Numbered from the stretch's first letter, positions 21,840 to 32,935 are shown. The stretch is DNA of 64,000 nucleotides from an uncultured Spirochaetota bacterium (GCA_963734495.1 CAVTHK010000001.1:802442-866441), one strand, 5' to 3'. Made by a program: numbers and translations. Notes: generated from the letters alone by a model not told the origin.

Positions 21840-22898
21840 ATGAAGCGTTTCGGCGTGGTGGGGGCGGGGATCTGGGGCACGATGCACGCGCGCGCATACG
21901 CGCAGTGCGGCGACGCGGAGCTCGCGGCCGTGTGCGATCTCGACCCGCGGCGGGCCGCGGACCTCGCGCGCCGCTATGGCGCGCCGGGCGCGAAGGCGTT
22001 CGACCGCGTCGACGACCTCCTCGCCTGCGGGCTCGACGCGGTCTCGGTCGCCACGCCGGACGCGTCGCACGCCGACATCGTGATCAAGGCCGCGGAGCGG
22101 GGCCTTCACGTTCTGGTCGAGAAGCCGCTCGCGACCACGGTGGAGGAGTGCCGGGCCATGGTCGCCGCGGCCGACAAGGCGGGCGTGATCCTCATGGTCG
22201 ACTGGCACAACCGCTGGAACCCGCCCTATCACCACGCGCGGCGGGCGATCGCCGCGGGCGAGCTCGGCGACGTGCGCTACGTCTACTACCGCCTGAGCGA
22301 CGCGATCTATGTCGCGACGAAGATGCTGCCGTGGGCGTCCGAGAGCTCGGTGATGTGGTTCCTCGGGAGCCACTCGCTCGACACGACCTGCTGGCTCGTG
22401 GGGCGCAGGCCCGTGCGCGTGAGCTGCCGCAAGAGCGAAGGCGTGCTCGCGAGCCGCGGCGTGAGCACCCCGGATCTCTTCGTGACCACCGTCGACTTCG
22501 AGGGCGGGGCGCTCGCAGTGATCGAGAACCTCTGGATCCTGCCGGACTCATCGCCCGCGCTGATCGACCACAAGTGCGAGATCGTGGGCAGCGAGGGCCT
22601 GATCACCATCGATCCCACGCACGGCGGCGTCTTCGAGAAGCACACCGCCGCGCAGGCGCGGGCCGCGGGGGCCGCCGCGCAGCCCGACTGGCCGCTGCCG
22701 GACATGCTGGTCGCGCCCGAGATCCACGGCCGGCAGATGGGGTTCGCGGTCGAAAGCATCTACCACTTCGCCCGCTGCGTGGCCACGGGGGCCAGGCCCC
22801 TCGCCACCGGCCGCGACGGCCTGCTCAACACGATCCTGATCCGCGCCGCCCTCCGCTCCGCGGACGAGGAGGGCAGGCCCGTCGAGGTGACGGCGTGA
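21840..22898 (+). CDS. Gfo/Idh/MocA family oxidoreductase
   Basis: GVVGAGIWG, ATPDASH, VEKPLA, GSHSLD; SD GGAGG. Confidence 0.9.
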   Translation: MKRFGVVGAGIWGTMHARAYAQCGDAELAAVCDLDPRRAADLARRYGAPGAKAFDRVDDLLACGLDAVSVATPDASHADIVIKAAERGLHVLVEKPLATTVEECRAMVAAADKAGVILMVDWHNRWNPPYHHARRAIAAGELGDVRYVYYRLSDAIYVATKMLPWASESSVMWFLGSHSLDTTCWLVGRRPVRVSCRKSEGVLASRGVSTPDLFVTTVDFEGGALAVIENLWILPDSSPALIDHKCEIVGSEGLITIDPTHGGVFEKHTAAQARAAGAAAQPDWPLPDMLVAPEIHGRQMGFAVESIYHFARCVATGARPLATGRDGLLNTILIRAALRSADEEGRPVEVTA

Positions 22899-23833
22899 AG
22901 AGGGCGACGGTCGCCGGCGCCGCCGCGTGCGCTCTGGCTCTCGCCGCCGCCGTCGCGACGGCCCAGACGACTCCGGGGCCGGGCGCGGCCCTGCGCATCG
23001 GGCTCATGCCCGCGGTCAACTCGATCCCGCTGATCGTCGCCGATCACCTCGGCCTGTTCGAGCGCGCCGGCGTGAGGGTGGAGCTCCTGATGTTCCAGGA
23101 CCAGCTCACCCGCGAGACGGCGCTCCAGACCGGGCGCGTCGACGGATCGATCTCCGACCTCATCAATGCGGTGAGCGCGCGGGCGAGCGGCTTTGACGTG
23201 CGGGTGGTGTCCGGCACCGACGGCGTCTTCGCCCTGTTAGGCGCCCCCGGCGGGCGCCTGCGCTCCCTCGAGGACTGGAAGTCGCGCTCCCGCGTGAGGA
23301 CCGGGCTCGTCGAGTCGAGCATCGTCACGTTCGTCGCGGAGAAGATGCTGCGCGGCGCGGGGGTCGACCCGCGGAGCATCGACCTGGTGACCACGCTGCA
23401 GGTGCCCACCCGCATGGAGCTGCTGCTTTCCGGCCGGATCGACGCCGCCTGCCTGCCCGAGCCGATGGCGGCGGTCGCGGTCCGGCGCGGCGCCGTCAGG
23501 ATCGCCGACACCACGAGCCTCGCGACGACTCCGGGCGTCCTGCTCTTTACCGGCCGCGCGGTGAGGGAGCGCGGCCGGGAGATCGCGACGCTGCTCGAGG
23601 CCTATGACCTGGCGGTGGCGGAGCTCAACCGCAACGGCGACGCCTGGCGGCCTCTCGTAGTGGCCAGGGGCGGCTTTCCCGAAGAAGCGCGCGACGCCTT
23701 CGTGCTTCCCCGGTTTCAGGCTTCGATGCCGCCGACCCCTGAGGAGGTGGCCGAGGTGGAGGGCTGGATGAAGGCTCACGGCCTCCTCAGGGACCCGGTC
23801 GCCTACGCCGACCTGGTCGCCCGCGTCCGCTGA
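22895..23833 (+). CDS. NitT/TauT-family ABC substrate-binding protein
   Basis: Signal peptide, LRIGLMP, IDAACLPEP; operon with ATPase and permease. Confidence 0.82.
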   Translation: MKRATVAGAAACALALAAAVATAQTTPGPGAALRIGLMPAVNSIPLIVADHLGLFERAGVRVELLMFQDQLTRETALQTGRVDGSISDLINAVSARASGFDVRVVSGTDGVFALLGAPGGRLRSLEDWKSRSRVRTGLVESSIVTFVAEKMLRGAGVDPRSIDLVTTLQVPTRMELLLSGRIDAACLPEPMAAVAVRRGAVRIADTTSLATTPGVLLFTGRAVRERGREIATLLEAYDLAVAELNRNGDAWRPLVVARGGFPEEARDAFVLPRFQASMPPTPEEVAEVEGWMKAHGLLRDPVAYADLVARVR

Positions 23834-24586
23834 ATGCTCGAGCTCCTGGACTGCTCGGCTCGCTACGGGGCGGCCTCCGTCTTCGCCGGTCTGTCGCTCA
23901 GCCTCAGGCCGCCCGACGTGGTGACGGTCGTGGGCCCTTCCGGGTGCGGCAAGACGACGCTGCTCATGCTGATGGCCGGGCTCAAGGCGCCCGCCTCGGG
24001 CGCGGTCCTGCTCGACGGAGCGCCGCTCCCGCCCGGTGACCCCCGCATCGGGCTCGTCCTGCAGCAGTACGGCCTGTTTCCGTGGTTCACGGTCGAGCAG
24101 AACGTCGAGCTGGGCCTGAGGCTCCGCTGCATCGCGGCGGACGAGCGGCGCGCGCGCGTGCGCTCCGTGCTCGCCCGCACCGGGCTCGCGGGCCTCGAGC
24201 GCCGCTACCCCGCGCAGCTTTCCGGCGGCCAGCAGCAGAGGGTCGCCATCGCGCGCACCCTCGCCCTCGAGCCCGAGCTGCTCCTGATGGACGAGCCGTT
24301 CGCGAGCCTCGACGCTTTTGCGCGCGAAGAGCTGCAGGATCTCACGCTCGACCTGCTGGCTGCGCGGCCGATGATGACCGTGCTCGTCACGCACAGCATC
24401 GAGGAGGCGGTCTACATGAGCCGCACGGTCCTGCTCATGAGCCGCGGCCCCGGGAGCCGCATCGCCGCGCGCATCGACCACGGGGAGCCGGGCCGGCGCT
24501 ACCAGAGAAAAGCCCGAGGCTACTTCGACGCCTGCCGCTCCGTGCGGCGGGCGTTCGAGGCGAGCGAGGCGAGCGGCGGTGCGTAG
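23834..24586 (+). CDS. NitT/TauT-family ABC ATP-binding protein
   Basis: [32 protein letters not shown]. Confidence 0.92.
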   Translation: MLELLDCSARYGAASVFAGLSLSLRPPDVVTVVGPSGCGKTTLLMLMAGLKAPASGAVLLDGAPLPPGDPRIGLVLQQYGLFPWFTVEQNVELGLRLRCIAADERRARVRSVLARTGLAGLERRYPAQLSGGQQQRVAIARTLALEPELLLMDEPFASLDAFAREELQDLTLDLLAARPMMTVLVTHSIEEAVYMSRTVLLMSRGPGSRIAARIDHGEPGRRYQRKARGYFDACRSVRRAFEASEASGGA

Positions 24587-25317
24587 GCTTCTCGGCGCCC
24601 TGCAGGGCGTGGCGATCGTGCTCGTCGCGTGGCACATCGCCGCGGTCGCCCTGCGCCACCCCGCGCTGCCGCCTCCCGCCGCGGTCCTCCGCCGCTTCGC
24701 CGAGCTGCTCGCCGCGGACCTCTGGCGGCACGCGCTCGCGAGCCTGGCGCGCGTCGTCGCCGCGCTGGCTGCGTCGTTCGTGCCGGCGCTCCCGCTGGGG
24801 GTCGCGCTCGGGCGGGTGCGGCGGCTCGACGCCGTCTTTTCCCCCGCGGTCTACCTTCTGTATCCAGTTCCGAAGATCGCCCTGCTGCCCGTGGTGCTGC
24901 TGCTCTTCGGCCTGGGCAACGCGGCCAAGGTCGTCGTCGTGAGCCTCGTGCTCTTCTTCCAGATGCTGGTGGCGGTCCGCGACGCGGTGCGGGCGGTCGA
25001 CCCGCGCTTCCTGCTCTCGATCCGGTCGCTGGGAGCGCGGCCGGCTCCAGACCTTCCGCTACGTGCTCTGGCCCTCGCTGCTGCCCGCTCTGCTCGCCGC
25101 GCTCCGCGTCGGCTCCGGCACGGCGCTCGCGGTGCTCTTTTTCGCCGAGACGTTCTTTACGCGCTACGGGCTCGGCGGGTTCCTCGTCGATTCATGGATG
25201 CGCGCGGCCTACGTGGACCTCTTCGCGGGCATCGTGGGGCTCGGGCTCCTCGGCCTCCTGCTGTTCGCCGCCATCGACCTGGCCGAGCGGCGCTTCTGCC
25301 GCTGGCGCGGGTTTTAG
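24579..25317 (+). CDS. NitT/TauT-family ABC permease (frameshift near 25045)
   Basis: LPPP, SLARV, YPVPKIALLP; C-terminal half in ORF 25063..25317. Confidence 0.85.
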
Positions 25318-25751
25318 GGCGGCGGTACGTCGCGGTACAGGGGCCGCACGACGGCCGCGACCGCCTCGAGCAGAGTTTGCGCCGCACCGAGCGCGGACTC
25401 CGCGTCGGGATCGCCGTAGACCTCCGCAGGCGTCAGGTCGGGTAGCCCGTTGGGGTACCTGGTCGGGATGCACATCTTGTCGAGAAGGCGGGCTTGATCG
25501 ATCATTCTTCTGAGCTCGGCCTTTCGCTCCGCATCCGGGTAATCCTCGACCAGGCGCGTGAGCGAGTGCCCCCAGGGCTCGTGTCCTTCCCAGAGCCAGA
25601 GCGCCTTGAGCGCCTTTTCCCCGGCCTGCTGGCACTGGAAACACGACCATTCGAAGTTGGCGGCCTTGCGCGAGTTGCGGGCCGCTCCGAGGTCGGCTTG
25701 CGCCTGGGCGAGCCAGCGCCGCGCCTCGGCCTTACGCTTCTCCACGCTCAT
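25314..25751 (-). CDS. HEPN domain protein (MNT-HEPN pair)
   Basis: WLAQAQADL, CFQCQQAGEKALKA, GHSL, PTRYP. Confidence 0.88.
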   Translation of the reverse strand: MSVEKRKAEARRWLAQAQADLGAARNSRKAANFEWSCFQCQQAGEKALKALWLWEGHEPWGHSLTRLVEDYPDAERKAELRRMIDQARLLDKMCIPTRYPNGLPDLTPAEVYGDPDAESALGAAQTLLEAVAAVVRPLYRDVPPP

Positions 25752-26049
25752 ACAACACGACGCCTTCGCTCAGAGCGCCGCCGACAAAAGGCAGCTCCTT
25801 CATCCGCTCGAGCTCTTCCTCGCGGTACACGAAGATCTCCACCGGTGCGTCGAGCGCCTCCGAGAGGTCCGAGAAGTACTTGTCGAGGCGATCGAGATAG
25901 CGGCGGTCTTCGTCGTCGACGATGAGGATGTCCACGTCGGACCGTGCGTCCGCCGTGCCCCTTGCGTGGGAACCGAAGAGGATCGCCCTGCGCGCACCCC
26001 GCTTTGCGAAGATCGGAGCGACGCGGCGCTTGATCTCGAGCGCGTCCAC
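25732..26049 (-). CDS. Minimal nucleotidyltransferase (MNT) domain protein
   Basis: FGSHARGTADARSDVDILIV (GS..DxD); overlaps the HEPN start; TTGACC-N18-TACACT-N6-GTG. Confidence 0.88.
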   Translation of the reverse strand: MDALEIKRRVAPIFAKRGARRAILFGSHARGTADARSDVDILIVDDEDRRYLDRLDKYFSDLSEALDAPVEIFVYREEELERMKELPFVGGALSEGVVLYERGEA

Positions 26050-26129
26050 TGCCGAAGTGTAGGCCCGCGGCAAAGGCCCGGTCAAGAAGCTTCAAGAAGC
26101 CGCCGGGTCGAGACCGGTCGAACTCGCGC

Positions 26130-26757
26130 TCAGCCGATGAGGCGCCGGGTCTCGGCCGCGAGCGCTGCGGCGAGCTTCGCGTGATGCTCCGGCGCCCAGT
26201 GCACGCCGTCGATGTCGCTGCTCTTCACTACCGAGCCCGCGTCGAAGAAGGGGCAGCCGAGCAGCTCGGCCCGCTCGCGGAAGCGGGCGCCGAGCTGGCG
26301 GGACTTCTCGGTGCCGCCGCTGAACATCTCCGCGAGCTCCGTGAGCTTTCCGAGCGGCGGCGGCGCGACCAGCAGCACCTCCGGCGGCCGGCCCGCCGGG
26401 CCGGTGTCGCTCTTGCGCACCGCCTCGACGAGGCGTCCCGCCGACTGCGCGACGTCGTAGGCGGTCACGGCGAAGCGCTGCTTGAGGTCGTTGACGCCTA
26501 ACAGGATGATGACGAGGTCCAGCGGCTTATGGCTCTCCAGGCAGGGCACGAGGTAGCGCAGCCCGTTCTTGTCGCCCGAGACCGGGTCGTCCCAGACCGT
26601 CGTGCGCGCGTTCTGGCCCTCCTCGATCACGTGCCAGGCGGCGCCGAGCTCGCCGCTGGAGCGCGCCGGTCCAGCGCACTTCGCGCGGGTAGCGGGTCTT
26701 GTCCACGGGGTTGTAGCCCCACGTGTTGGAGTCGCCGAAACAGAGCACTTCCTTCAC
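26130..26757 (-). CDS. SGNH/GDSL arylesterase (frameshift near 26655)
   Basis: CFGDSNTWG, RWTG, EEGQNARTT, LGVND, DGVH. Confidence 0.88.
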
Positions 26758-26780
26758 GGTGTCCTCGCAGTGCGCGGATT

Positions 26781-27866
26781 CTACAACGCGCCGGGCCGCG
26801 GGCGGAAGCCCTCGTCGAGCAGCGCGAGCCACTGGCCCGCGACCACGCGCGCATCGTAGCGCCTCGCCGCCTCCTCCTGTCCTTGGGCCGCGAGGCGCGC
26901 TCCGATCGCGGGGTCCGCCACGCGCTCGATCGCGGCCGCGAGCGCCGGCGGCGAGACGTGGAAGAGGCGGCTGCCGCCTTCATCCAGCCATTCGCCCTCG
27001 ACCACGAGCCCTTCGCCGTACGGCACGATCTCGCCCGGGCCCTGCGTGCGGGCGGCCGCGACGGGCACGCCGCACGCCATCGCCTCGGCGACGGGGACGC
27101 AGAAGCCTTCCCATTCGGCGGCGTGGGCGTACACGTCGAGCGCGCCGTAGAAGCGGGCGAGGGCCGCGTCGGTCATCGGCTCGCACAGCACGCGCACGCG
27201 GCCGTCGACTCCCGCGCGACGCGCGAGCGCGGGGAGGTCGAAGCCGCCGGGTGAGCGCTCGCGATCGGTCTTGATGATGAGGAGAAAAGTTGAAGGCAGC
27301 CGCGCGAACGCCTCGATCATCCGGTCGAACCGCTTGCGCGTCGAGTTGGCTCCGACCGTGCCGACCACGAGCGCGCCGGGGGCGGCGCCGAGCGCCTCGC
27401 GCGCGGCCCGGCGGGCGTCCGCGCCTGCCGGAGCGAACAGCGCCGTGTCCACCGCGTGCGGGATCGTCGGCCCGATCGCGGCGCACCCCGCCTGCTCGAG
27501 AAACGCGCGCGTCGCCTCGGTGAGCGGCACCGCGACCGCGCGGCCGAGGGCCGGCGCGCGCGGAGGGCGCGAGAATTGCGCCCAGAGGCAGAGCGGCGGG
27601 CCAGGCTCGGCGAGGAGCGGAAACTGGTCGGGGTAGCCGAGGAGGATCGCGGCGTTCACCGGCTCGCCGGCGGCCGCGCTCACCGCGGCCGCGTCCAGCC
27701 GCGGGACATCCAGCTCGCCGTCGTCGACGCGGCCGCCCGCGCCGGTGCCGACGACGACGCAGCGGCGGCCCCGCGAGCGCAAGCCGCGGGCGAGCAGGCG
27801 GAGCTGCCGGCCGAACGAGCTCTCGCGCGCGAGCGTCAGGCCCGAAGCAAGCACGATCACGGGCAC
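26781..27866 (-). CDS. Glycosyltransferase family 4
   Basis: IPHAVD, RKRFD, WEGFCVPVAEAMACGVP (E-x7-E). Confidence 0.87.
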   Translation of the reverse strand: MPVIVLASGLTLARESSFGRQLRLLARGLRSRGRRCVVVGTGAGGRVDDGELDVPRLDAAAVSAAAGEPVNAAILLGYPDQFPLLAEPGPPLCLWAQFSRPPRAPALGRAVAVPLTEATRAFLEQAGCAAIGPTIPHAVDTALFAPAGADARRAAREALGAAPGALVVGTVGANSTRKRFDRMIEAFARLPSTFLLIIKTDRERSPGGFDLPALARRAGVDGRVRVLCEPMTDAALARFYGALDVYAHAAEWEGFCVPVAEAMACGVPVAAARTQGPGEIVPYGEGLVVEGEWLDEGGSRLFHVSPPALAAAIERVADPAIGARLAAQGQEEAARRYDARVVAGQWLALLDEGFRPRPGAL

Positions 27867-27945
27867 ACTCCGCGCGCTCGCGGCCGCGCTGTCCGTTTCG
27901 GGACGGGCGCGGCCGCGCGGGCACCTTCTTTCTATTTACTTGTCT

Positions 27946-28830
27946 CTACTTGATGGTCCCGGTCGCCGTGAAGATGGGCTCCATCTTGCGGGCCTTGACC
28001 ATCTTTTCCATCTCCGCGTCCGACGGCTTCGGGCCCGGATGGCTCGCGGCCTCGAGGACCTTGGGCAGCACGGTCGAGTCGCCGACCGTGTTCAGGAACA
28101 CGCCGTCGTGCGAGAGCAGCCAGCTCACCGCCAGCGTGATGTCCGCCTGCTCGGTGAGGGGCTCGTACCACGTGTTGGCCGTGCGGTCGCGGCCCGCCCA
28201 CGGCTGGCGCGCGATCGACTTGATGGTCTGCAGCGCGGTGCGGTCGCGGTCGCAGCGCTCCTTGAGCCTGAAGAAGTCGTCGCGGTACTCGGAGTTCTTC
28301 CACAGGATGTAGTTCCAGGGCAGGAGCACGGAGTCGAAGGGGAACCGCTCCAGGCTCTTGAGGTGCATCTTGGGCGCGATGAGGCTGTGCCCCGTGACGC
28401 CGATAAAGCGCACGAGCCCCTGCTCGCGCGCCTCGATCGCGGCCTTGAGCGCGCCGTCGGGCCCCATCGCGGTCTCCCACTCGGCGGGGTCGGTGAGGTT
28501 GTGGAGCTGGATCAGGTCGAAGTAGTCGACCTTGAGCTTCTTGACCGAGGTGCGGATGCTCTCCCACGCCTCTTTGTAGGTGCGGTCGCCGGTCTTGGTC
28601 GCGACAAAGAAGTCCTTGCGGTGCTTCGCCATCCACGGACCGATCTGCGTCTCCGAGTTGCCCTTGCCGTAGCTCGCGGCCGTGTCGATGTGGTTGACGC
28701 CGTAGCGCAGCAGGATCTCGAGGACTTTCGAGGCCTCTTTCTGGTCGAACTTCTCGTTGATGGCAGCGCCGCCGAAGAGGGTGCGCGTGCTCTGGTGGCC
28801 GGTCTTGCCGAAGGGGTGCTTTGCGATCAC
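27946..28830 (-). CDS. Aldo/keto reductase
   Basis: FGKTG, IDTAASYG, ATKT, DLIQLH, FIGVTGH; GTG 28830 with SD AAGGAG. Confidence 0.9.
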   Translation of the reverse strand: MIAKHPFGKTGHQSTRTLFGGAAINEKFDQKEASKVLEILLRYGVNHIDTAASYGKGNSETQIGPWMAKHRKDFFVATKTGDRTYKEAWESIRTSVKKLKVDYFDLIQLHNLTDPAEWETAMGPDGALKAAIEAREQGLVRFIGVTGHSLIAPKMHLKSLERFPFDSVLLPWNYILWKNSEYRDDFFRLKERCDRDRTALQTIKSIARQPWAGRDRTANTWYEPLTEQADITLAVSWLLSHDGVFLNTVGDSTVLPKVLEAASHPGPKPSDAEMEKMVKARKMEPIFTATGTIK

Positions 28831-28935
28831 GGTTCGCTCCTTTGACGCGGGATGAGGTGAATATAGCAAGCGCGCGGCGGGGAACCAAGCCGCCTGCCGG
28901 CCCGCTCCGGCCGGCTATTGGCCCGCGCCGGACTT

Positions 28936-29202
28936 TCAGCCGCCGCCGCCCATCGCGGGCACGAACAGGATCTCCGATCGCTCGCCGACAGGCTCCGCGA
29001 GGCCGAGGCCGGCGACCGCGCCGTCGACGGAGACCAGGAGCCACGGCTCGAGGGCGCCTTTGGGACAGAGGCGCGCCTTGACGCCCGGGAACTTCGCGTC
29101 GAGCGACTCGATCACATCGGCGACCGTGCGGCCGGCTCCCTCGACGATCTCCGCGCCGCCGGTGAGGTCGCGCAGCAGTGCCGGGACCCAGACCGTCGCC
29201 AT
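28936..29202 (-). CDS. MoaD/ThiS ubiquitin-like sulfur carrier
   Basis: MATVWVPALLRDLTGG..ILFVPAMGGGG with C-terminal GG. Confidence 0.85.
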   Translation of the reverse strand: MATVWVPALLRDLTGGAEIVEGAGRTVADVIESLDAKFPGVKARLCPKGALEPWLLVSVDGAVAGLGLAEPVGERSEILFVPAMGGGG

Positions 29203-32015
29203 CAGCCCTCGATCGCGCCTCGGGCCGCGAGGATGCGCGCGGGCGTCATGGGCAGGTGCGTCACGCGGCGGCCCAGGATGCGCGCGAGCGCATTCGCGAT
29301 CGCGGCGGGCGGCGGGACGATCGGCATCTCGCCGACGCCGCGGATGCCGTACGGGTGGTACTCCACGGGCACCTCGACGATCACGGTCTCGATCGGCGGC
29401 ACCTCCATGATCGTGGGCAGCCTGTTGTCGAGCAGCGTCGGGTTCAGCAGGTGCCCTTCGTCGTCGTACTGGTAGCCTTCGTAGAGCGCCCACCCGATCC
29501 CCTGCGCGGCGCCGCCGCGCATCTGGCCTTCGACGAGGGTCGGGTTGACCGCGCGGCCGACGTCCTGCACCGCCGTGTAGCGCAGCAGCCGCACCTTGCC
29601 CGTCTCGGGGTCGAGCTCGACGTCCGCGATGTGCGTGCCGAACGAGACGCCCCACTTGCGCATGTTCACCGATGCCGCGGCCGTGACCGGGCCTCCGGTC
29701 TTTTCCGACGCGGCTGCCACCTCGGCAAAGGTCAGCTTTGCCTTTCCATCATTTATGGTGAAGGTGCCCCCGTCGTACTGCACCGCCTCCTCGGTGGCTC
29801 CGTCCTCGGCGGCCTGGAGCAGCATCGCGGCCCTCTTTCGCAGCTCGGCAAGGAGGAGGCCCGCGGTCTTGATGACCGCGAGGCCGCACGCCACGGTCGT
29901 ACGGCTTCCCGCGCTGGTGTTCGCGTAGCCCGTGGACTCGGTGTCGCCGAAGCGCGGCCGTATGCGGTCGAGCGGCAGCGCGAGCGCCTCGGCCGCCTGC
30001 ATGGCGAGGCTCGTGCGCGTGCCGGTGAGGTCCACGTTGCTCACCGTCAGCGTCACCGTGCCGTCGGCGTTTGCGCTCATCACGGCACTCGACTGGGCGC
30101 CCCAGTTGCCCCAGTAGCCGTGGGCCACGCCTCGGGCGCGGTTGGGCCCGGCGAGCGGCGCCCTGTAATGGGCCGAGGCGCGCGCCGCTTCCAGCACCTC
30201 GCGGCCGCCCACGGCCGTGTGCACCGCGCCGTCGATGCGGCGCGAGCCTTCGGTCACGCTGTTGCGCAGGCGCAGCTCGATCGGGTCGACGGCGAGGGCT
30301 TGAGCGATCTCGTCGACGACCTGCTCCGCGGCGAAGTTGGCGGCGGTGGTGCACGGGGCCCGGTACGCGCCCATCTGCGGCTTGTTGACCAGCGACGTCG
30401 TAGCCGTCGACGCGGCAGTTGGGGATGTCGTAAGGCGCGAAGATGTTGCGCGCGGCGGTGGCGACCATGGATCCGGGGAAGGCGCCGTTCTCGTACAGCA
30501 GATCGGCAGTCGCGGCGACAATCTGCCCGCTGCGCAGCGCGCCCATCTTGACCTTGAGCACGGCGCCCGGCGAGGGCGCGGTCGCCAGGAGGACTTCGGC
30601 GCGGCTCATCGTGATCTTGACCGGCCGGCCGCACTTGCGGGACAGGAGCGAGGCCGCCACCTCGTCGGCCAGGCGGTTCTTTCCGCCGAAGCCGCCGCCC
30701 ACCTCGGCCGGCACGACGCGAACGGTCGAGAGCGGCAGCCGCAGCAGCTCCGCGATCTGGTCGCGCAGGTCGAAGGAGCCCTGCGTGGTCGAATGCACGA
30801 CCAGCGTGCCGTCCGGGCCCCAGCTCGCCGTGACGGCCTGCGGCTCGATGTAGCCCTGGTGCACCGTGGCTGTGCGGAACTCGCGCTCGACGACCACGTC
30901 GGCGCGGGCGAAGCCGGCGTCCGGATCGCCTTTCTCGTAGCGGACGTGCTCGCAGATGTTGCTCCGATTCCCTCCTTCCGACGCCGGCACCTGAGCACCC
31001 AGCGACCTGGTCAAGAGCTTCTCGTGAAGCAATGGCGCCTCGGGGCGCGCTGCCTTTTCCACGTCCGTCACGGCGGGGAGGACTCGGTAGTCCACCTTGA
31101 TGAGGCCGAGCGCCCGCTCCGCGATCTCCCGCGTCGACGGCGGCGACCGCCGCCACCGCGTGGCCCTCGTAGAGGACCTTCTCGCTCGCGAACGTGTTCT
31201 CCCTCGTGTAGCGGTAGTTCTGCACGGACTCGCCGAGCTGCCTGACCAGGTCCGCCTCCATCGGCGGGAGGTCCGCGGCCGTGACCACGGCGAGGACGCC
31301 GGGGAGCGCCTCGGCGCGCTTCGTGTCGAGGCCCGATATGCGCGCGTGCGCGTGCGGGCTGCGGAGGACGAGGCCCACCGCGGCTCCCGGGAGGCGCACG
31401 TCGGCCGCGAAGATCGCGCGGCCGGTGACCTTGTCGGCGGCGTCGACGCGCGGGCGGCCGGCTGCCGATCACCCGGTAGCCGGCGGCCGGAGGCGCGGGC
31501 GGCGGCGCCGCGGGCGTCTCGCCGCGCAGGGTGCGGGCCGCCGCGCGCACCGCGCGCACGATGGTCTCGTAGCCGGTGCACCGGCAGAGGTTGCCCGCGA
31601 GCCACCGGCGGATCTCGTCCTCCGTCGGATCGGGGTTGCGGTCGAGCAGCGCTTTCGCGGCCATCAGGACACCGGGAGTGCAGAACCCGCACTGCAGGGC
31701 GTCCTCGGCGATGAACGCGCGCTGCAGAGGATGCAGAGCCGGCCACTCGGCCAGGCCCTCGACGGTGAGGACCTCGCGGCCGTCGACCTCCGCGGCGAGG
31801 ACGAGGCAGGAGCTCACGAGACGGCCGTCGAGCAGCACGCTGCACGCGCCGCAGTTGCCGTCGTTGCATCCCTCCTTGGCCCCGGTCAGGCCGAGCTCGT
31901 CGCGCAGGGCTTCGAGCAGGCTGTGGTGCGGCTCGCACAGGAAGTCGACCGGTTCGCCGTTGACCTTTGCCCGGATGCGCACTTTCTCGGGCGAGGGGAC
32001 CGCTTTCTTCGCCAT
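29202..32015 (-). CDS. Xanthine dehydrogenase family: 2Fe-2S subunit apparently fused to the molybdopterin-binding subunit (frameshifts)
   Basis: GCNDGNCGAC, QCGFC, GNLCRCTGY; Pro-rich linker; DKVTGRA, RSPHAHA, YIEPQ, GGGFGGK, AYRAP, AGSRT, GQMRGG, RGVGE. Confidence 0.82.
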
Positions 32016-32018
32016 CGC

Positions 32019-32894
32019 CTACCTCCTCCCCGAGGCCGCGCGCTCGGCGGCCCGCTCGAGCACCCGGCGGACGAGCACCTCGACCAGGTGCAGCCGCTGC
32101 CCGGCGCTGCCGCGCACGTCGCTGATGGGCCGGGCCGCCTCGCGCGCCGCCGCTGCGGCGCGGGCGAACGCGTCGTGTCCCGGCGGCTTGCCGACCAGGG
32201 CCGCGGCAGCCTTGCCGGCCGCCAACGGCTTCGGCCCTACGGCCGCGAGAGCGATGCGCGCATCGCTGATCAGCCCCTTGTCGAGCACGAGCCAGGCCGC
32301 GGCGCCGGCCACCGCGATGTCCATCTCTCCGCGCGGGATGAAGCGCTCGTAAGCCGCGCCGGATCGCGGCGCCGGGGGCGGAACCTGGATGGCCACCAGG
32401 ATTTCGCCCGCGGCCAGCGCCGTGCGGCCGGGGCCGGTGCAGAAGTCGGCGGCCGCGACCCAGCGTCGGCCCCCGGGGCCGGCGATCAGGCAGCGGGCGC
32501 CCAGCACGATGAGCGCGGGAGCGGAGTCGGCGCTCGGGGCCGCGTTGCAGAGGTTGCCGCCGATCGTGGCGCGGCTCTGGATCGCCGCGCCTCCGATGAG
32601 TCCCGCGGCTTCGACCAGCGCCGGGTACCGCCTCGCGGCCTCGCGGTTCGCGCACAGATCGGCGCACGGCACCGCAGCCCCGAAGGCGAGCCCGCGCGCG
32701 GCGTCGAAGGCGATCCGCGTCGTCTCCGGGATGCTCTTGATGTCCACGACGTGATCGACGGCCAGCGCTCCCGCACGCAGCTTGACGAGCAGGTCGGTGC
32801 CCCCGGCCAGGGGCCGGGCGCGGCCGTCGAGCCGCGCCAGAAGCGCCGTCGCGGCTTTCAGCGAATCGGGACGGTGATACGTGAAGGGCCTCAT
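32019..32894 (-). CDS. Xanthine dehydrogenase family FAD-binding subunit (CoxM-like)
   Basis: AGGTDL, ATIGGNLCNAAPSAD, PISDVRGS. Confidence 0.92.
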   Translation of the reverse strand: MRPFTYHRPDSLKAATALLARLDGRARPLAGGTDLLVKLRAGALAVDHVVDIKSIPETTRIAFDAARGLAFGAAVPCADLCANREAARRYPALVEAAGLIGGAAIQSRATIGGNLCNAAPSADSAPALIVLGARCLIAGPGGRRWVAAADFCTGPGRTALAAGEILVAIQVPPPAPRSGAAYERFIPRGEMDIAVAGAAAWLVLDKGLISDARIALAAVGPKPLAAGKAAAALVGKPPGHDAFARAAAAAREAARPISDVRGSAGQRLHLVEVLVRRVLERAAERAASGRR

Positions 32895-32900
32895 GCCGGA

Positions 32901-32928
32901 ATGGTAGCCGCTCCTCAGCGGCTGTCAA
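32901..32928 (-). promoter_or_regulatory. Sigma70-type promoter, leaderless geometry, for the XDH operon
   Basis: Minus strand TTGACA (32928-32923), 16 nt, TACCAT (32906-32901), 6 nt, ATG 32894; the spacer contains an inverted repeat (GCCGCT..AGCGGC). Confidence 0.65.
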
Positions 32929-32935
32929 CTTCCAG

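Noticed and set aside
25314-26049. MNT-HEPN pair as a new system
   Set aside because: Well-known widespread two-gene module.
29202-32894. Aerobic CO dehydrogenase (coxMSL)
   Set aside because: The active-site loop is AYRAPC, not AYRCSFR (form I) or AYxGAGR (form II), and no coxDEFG genes are present.
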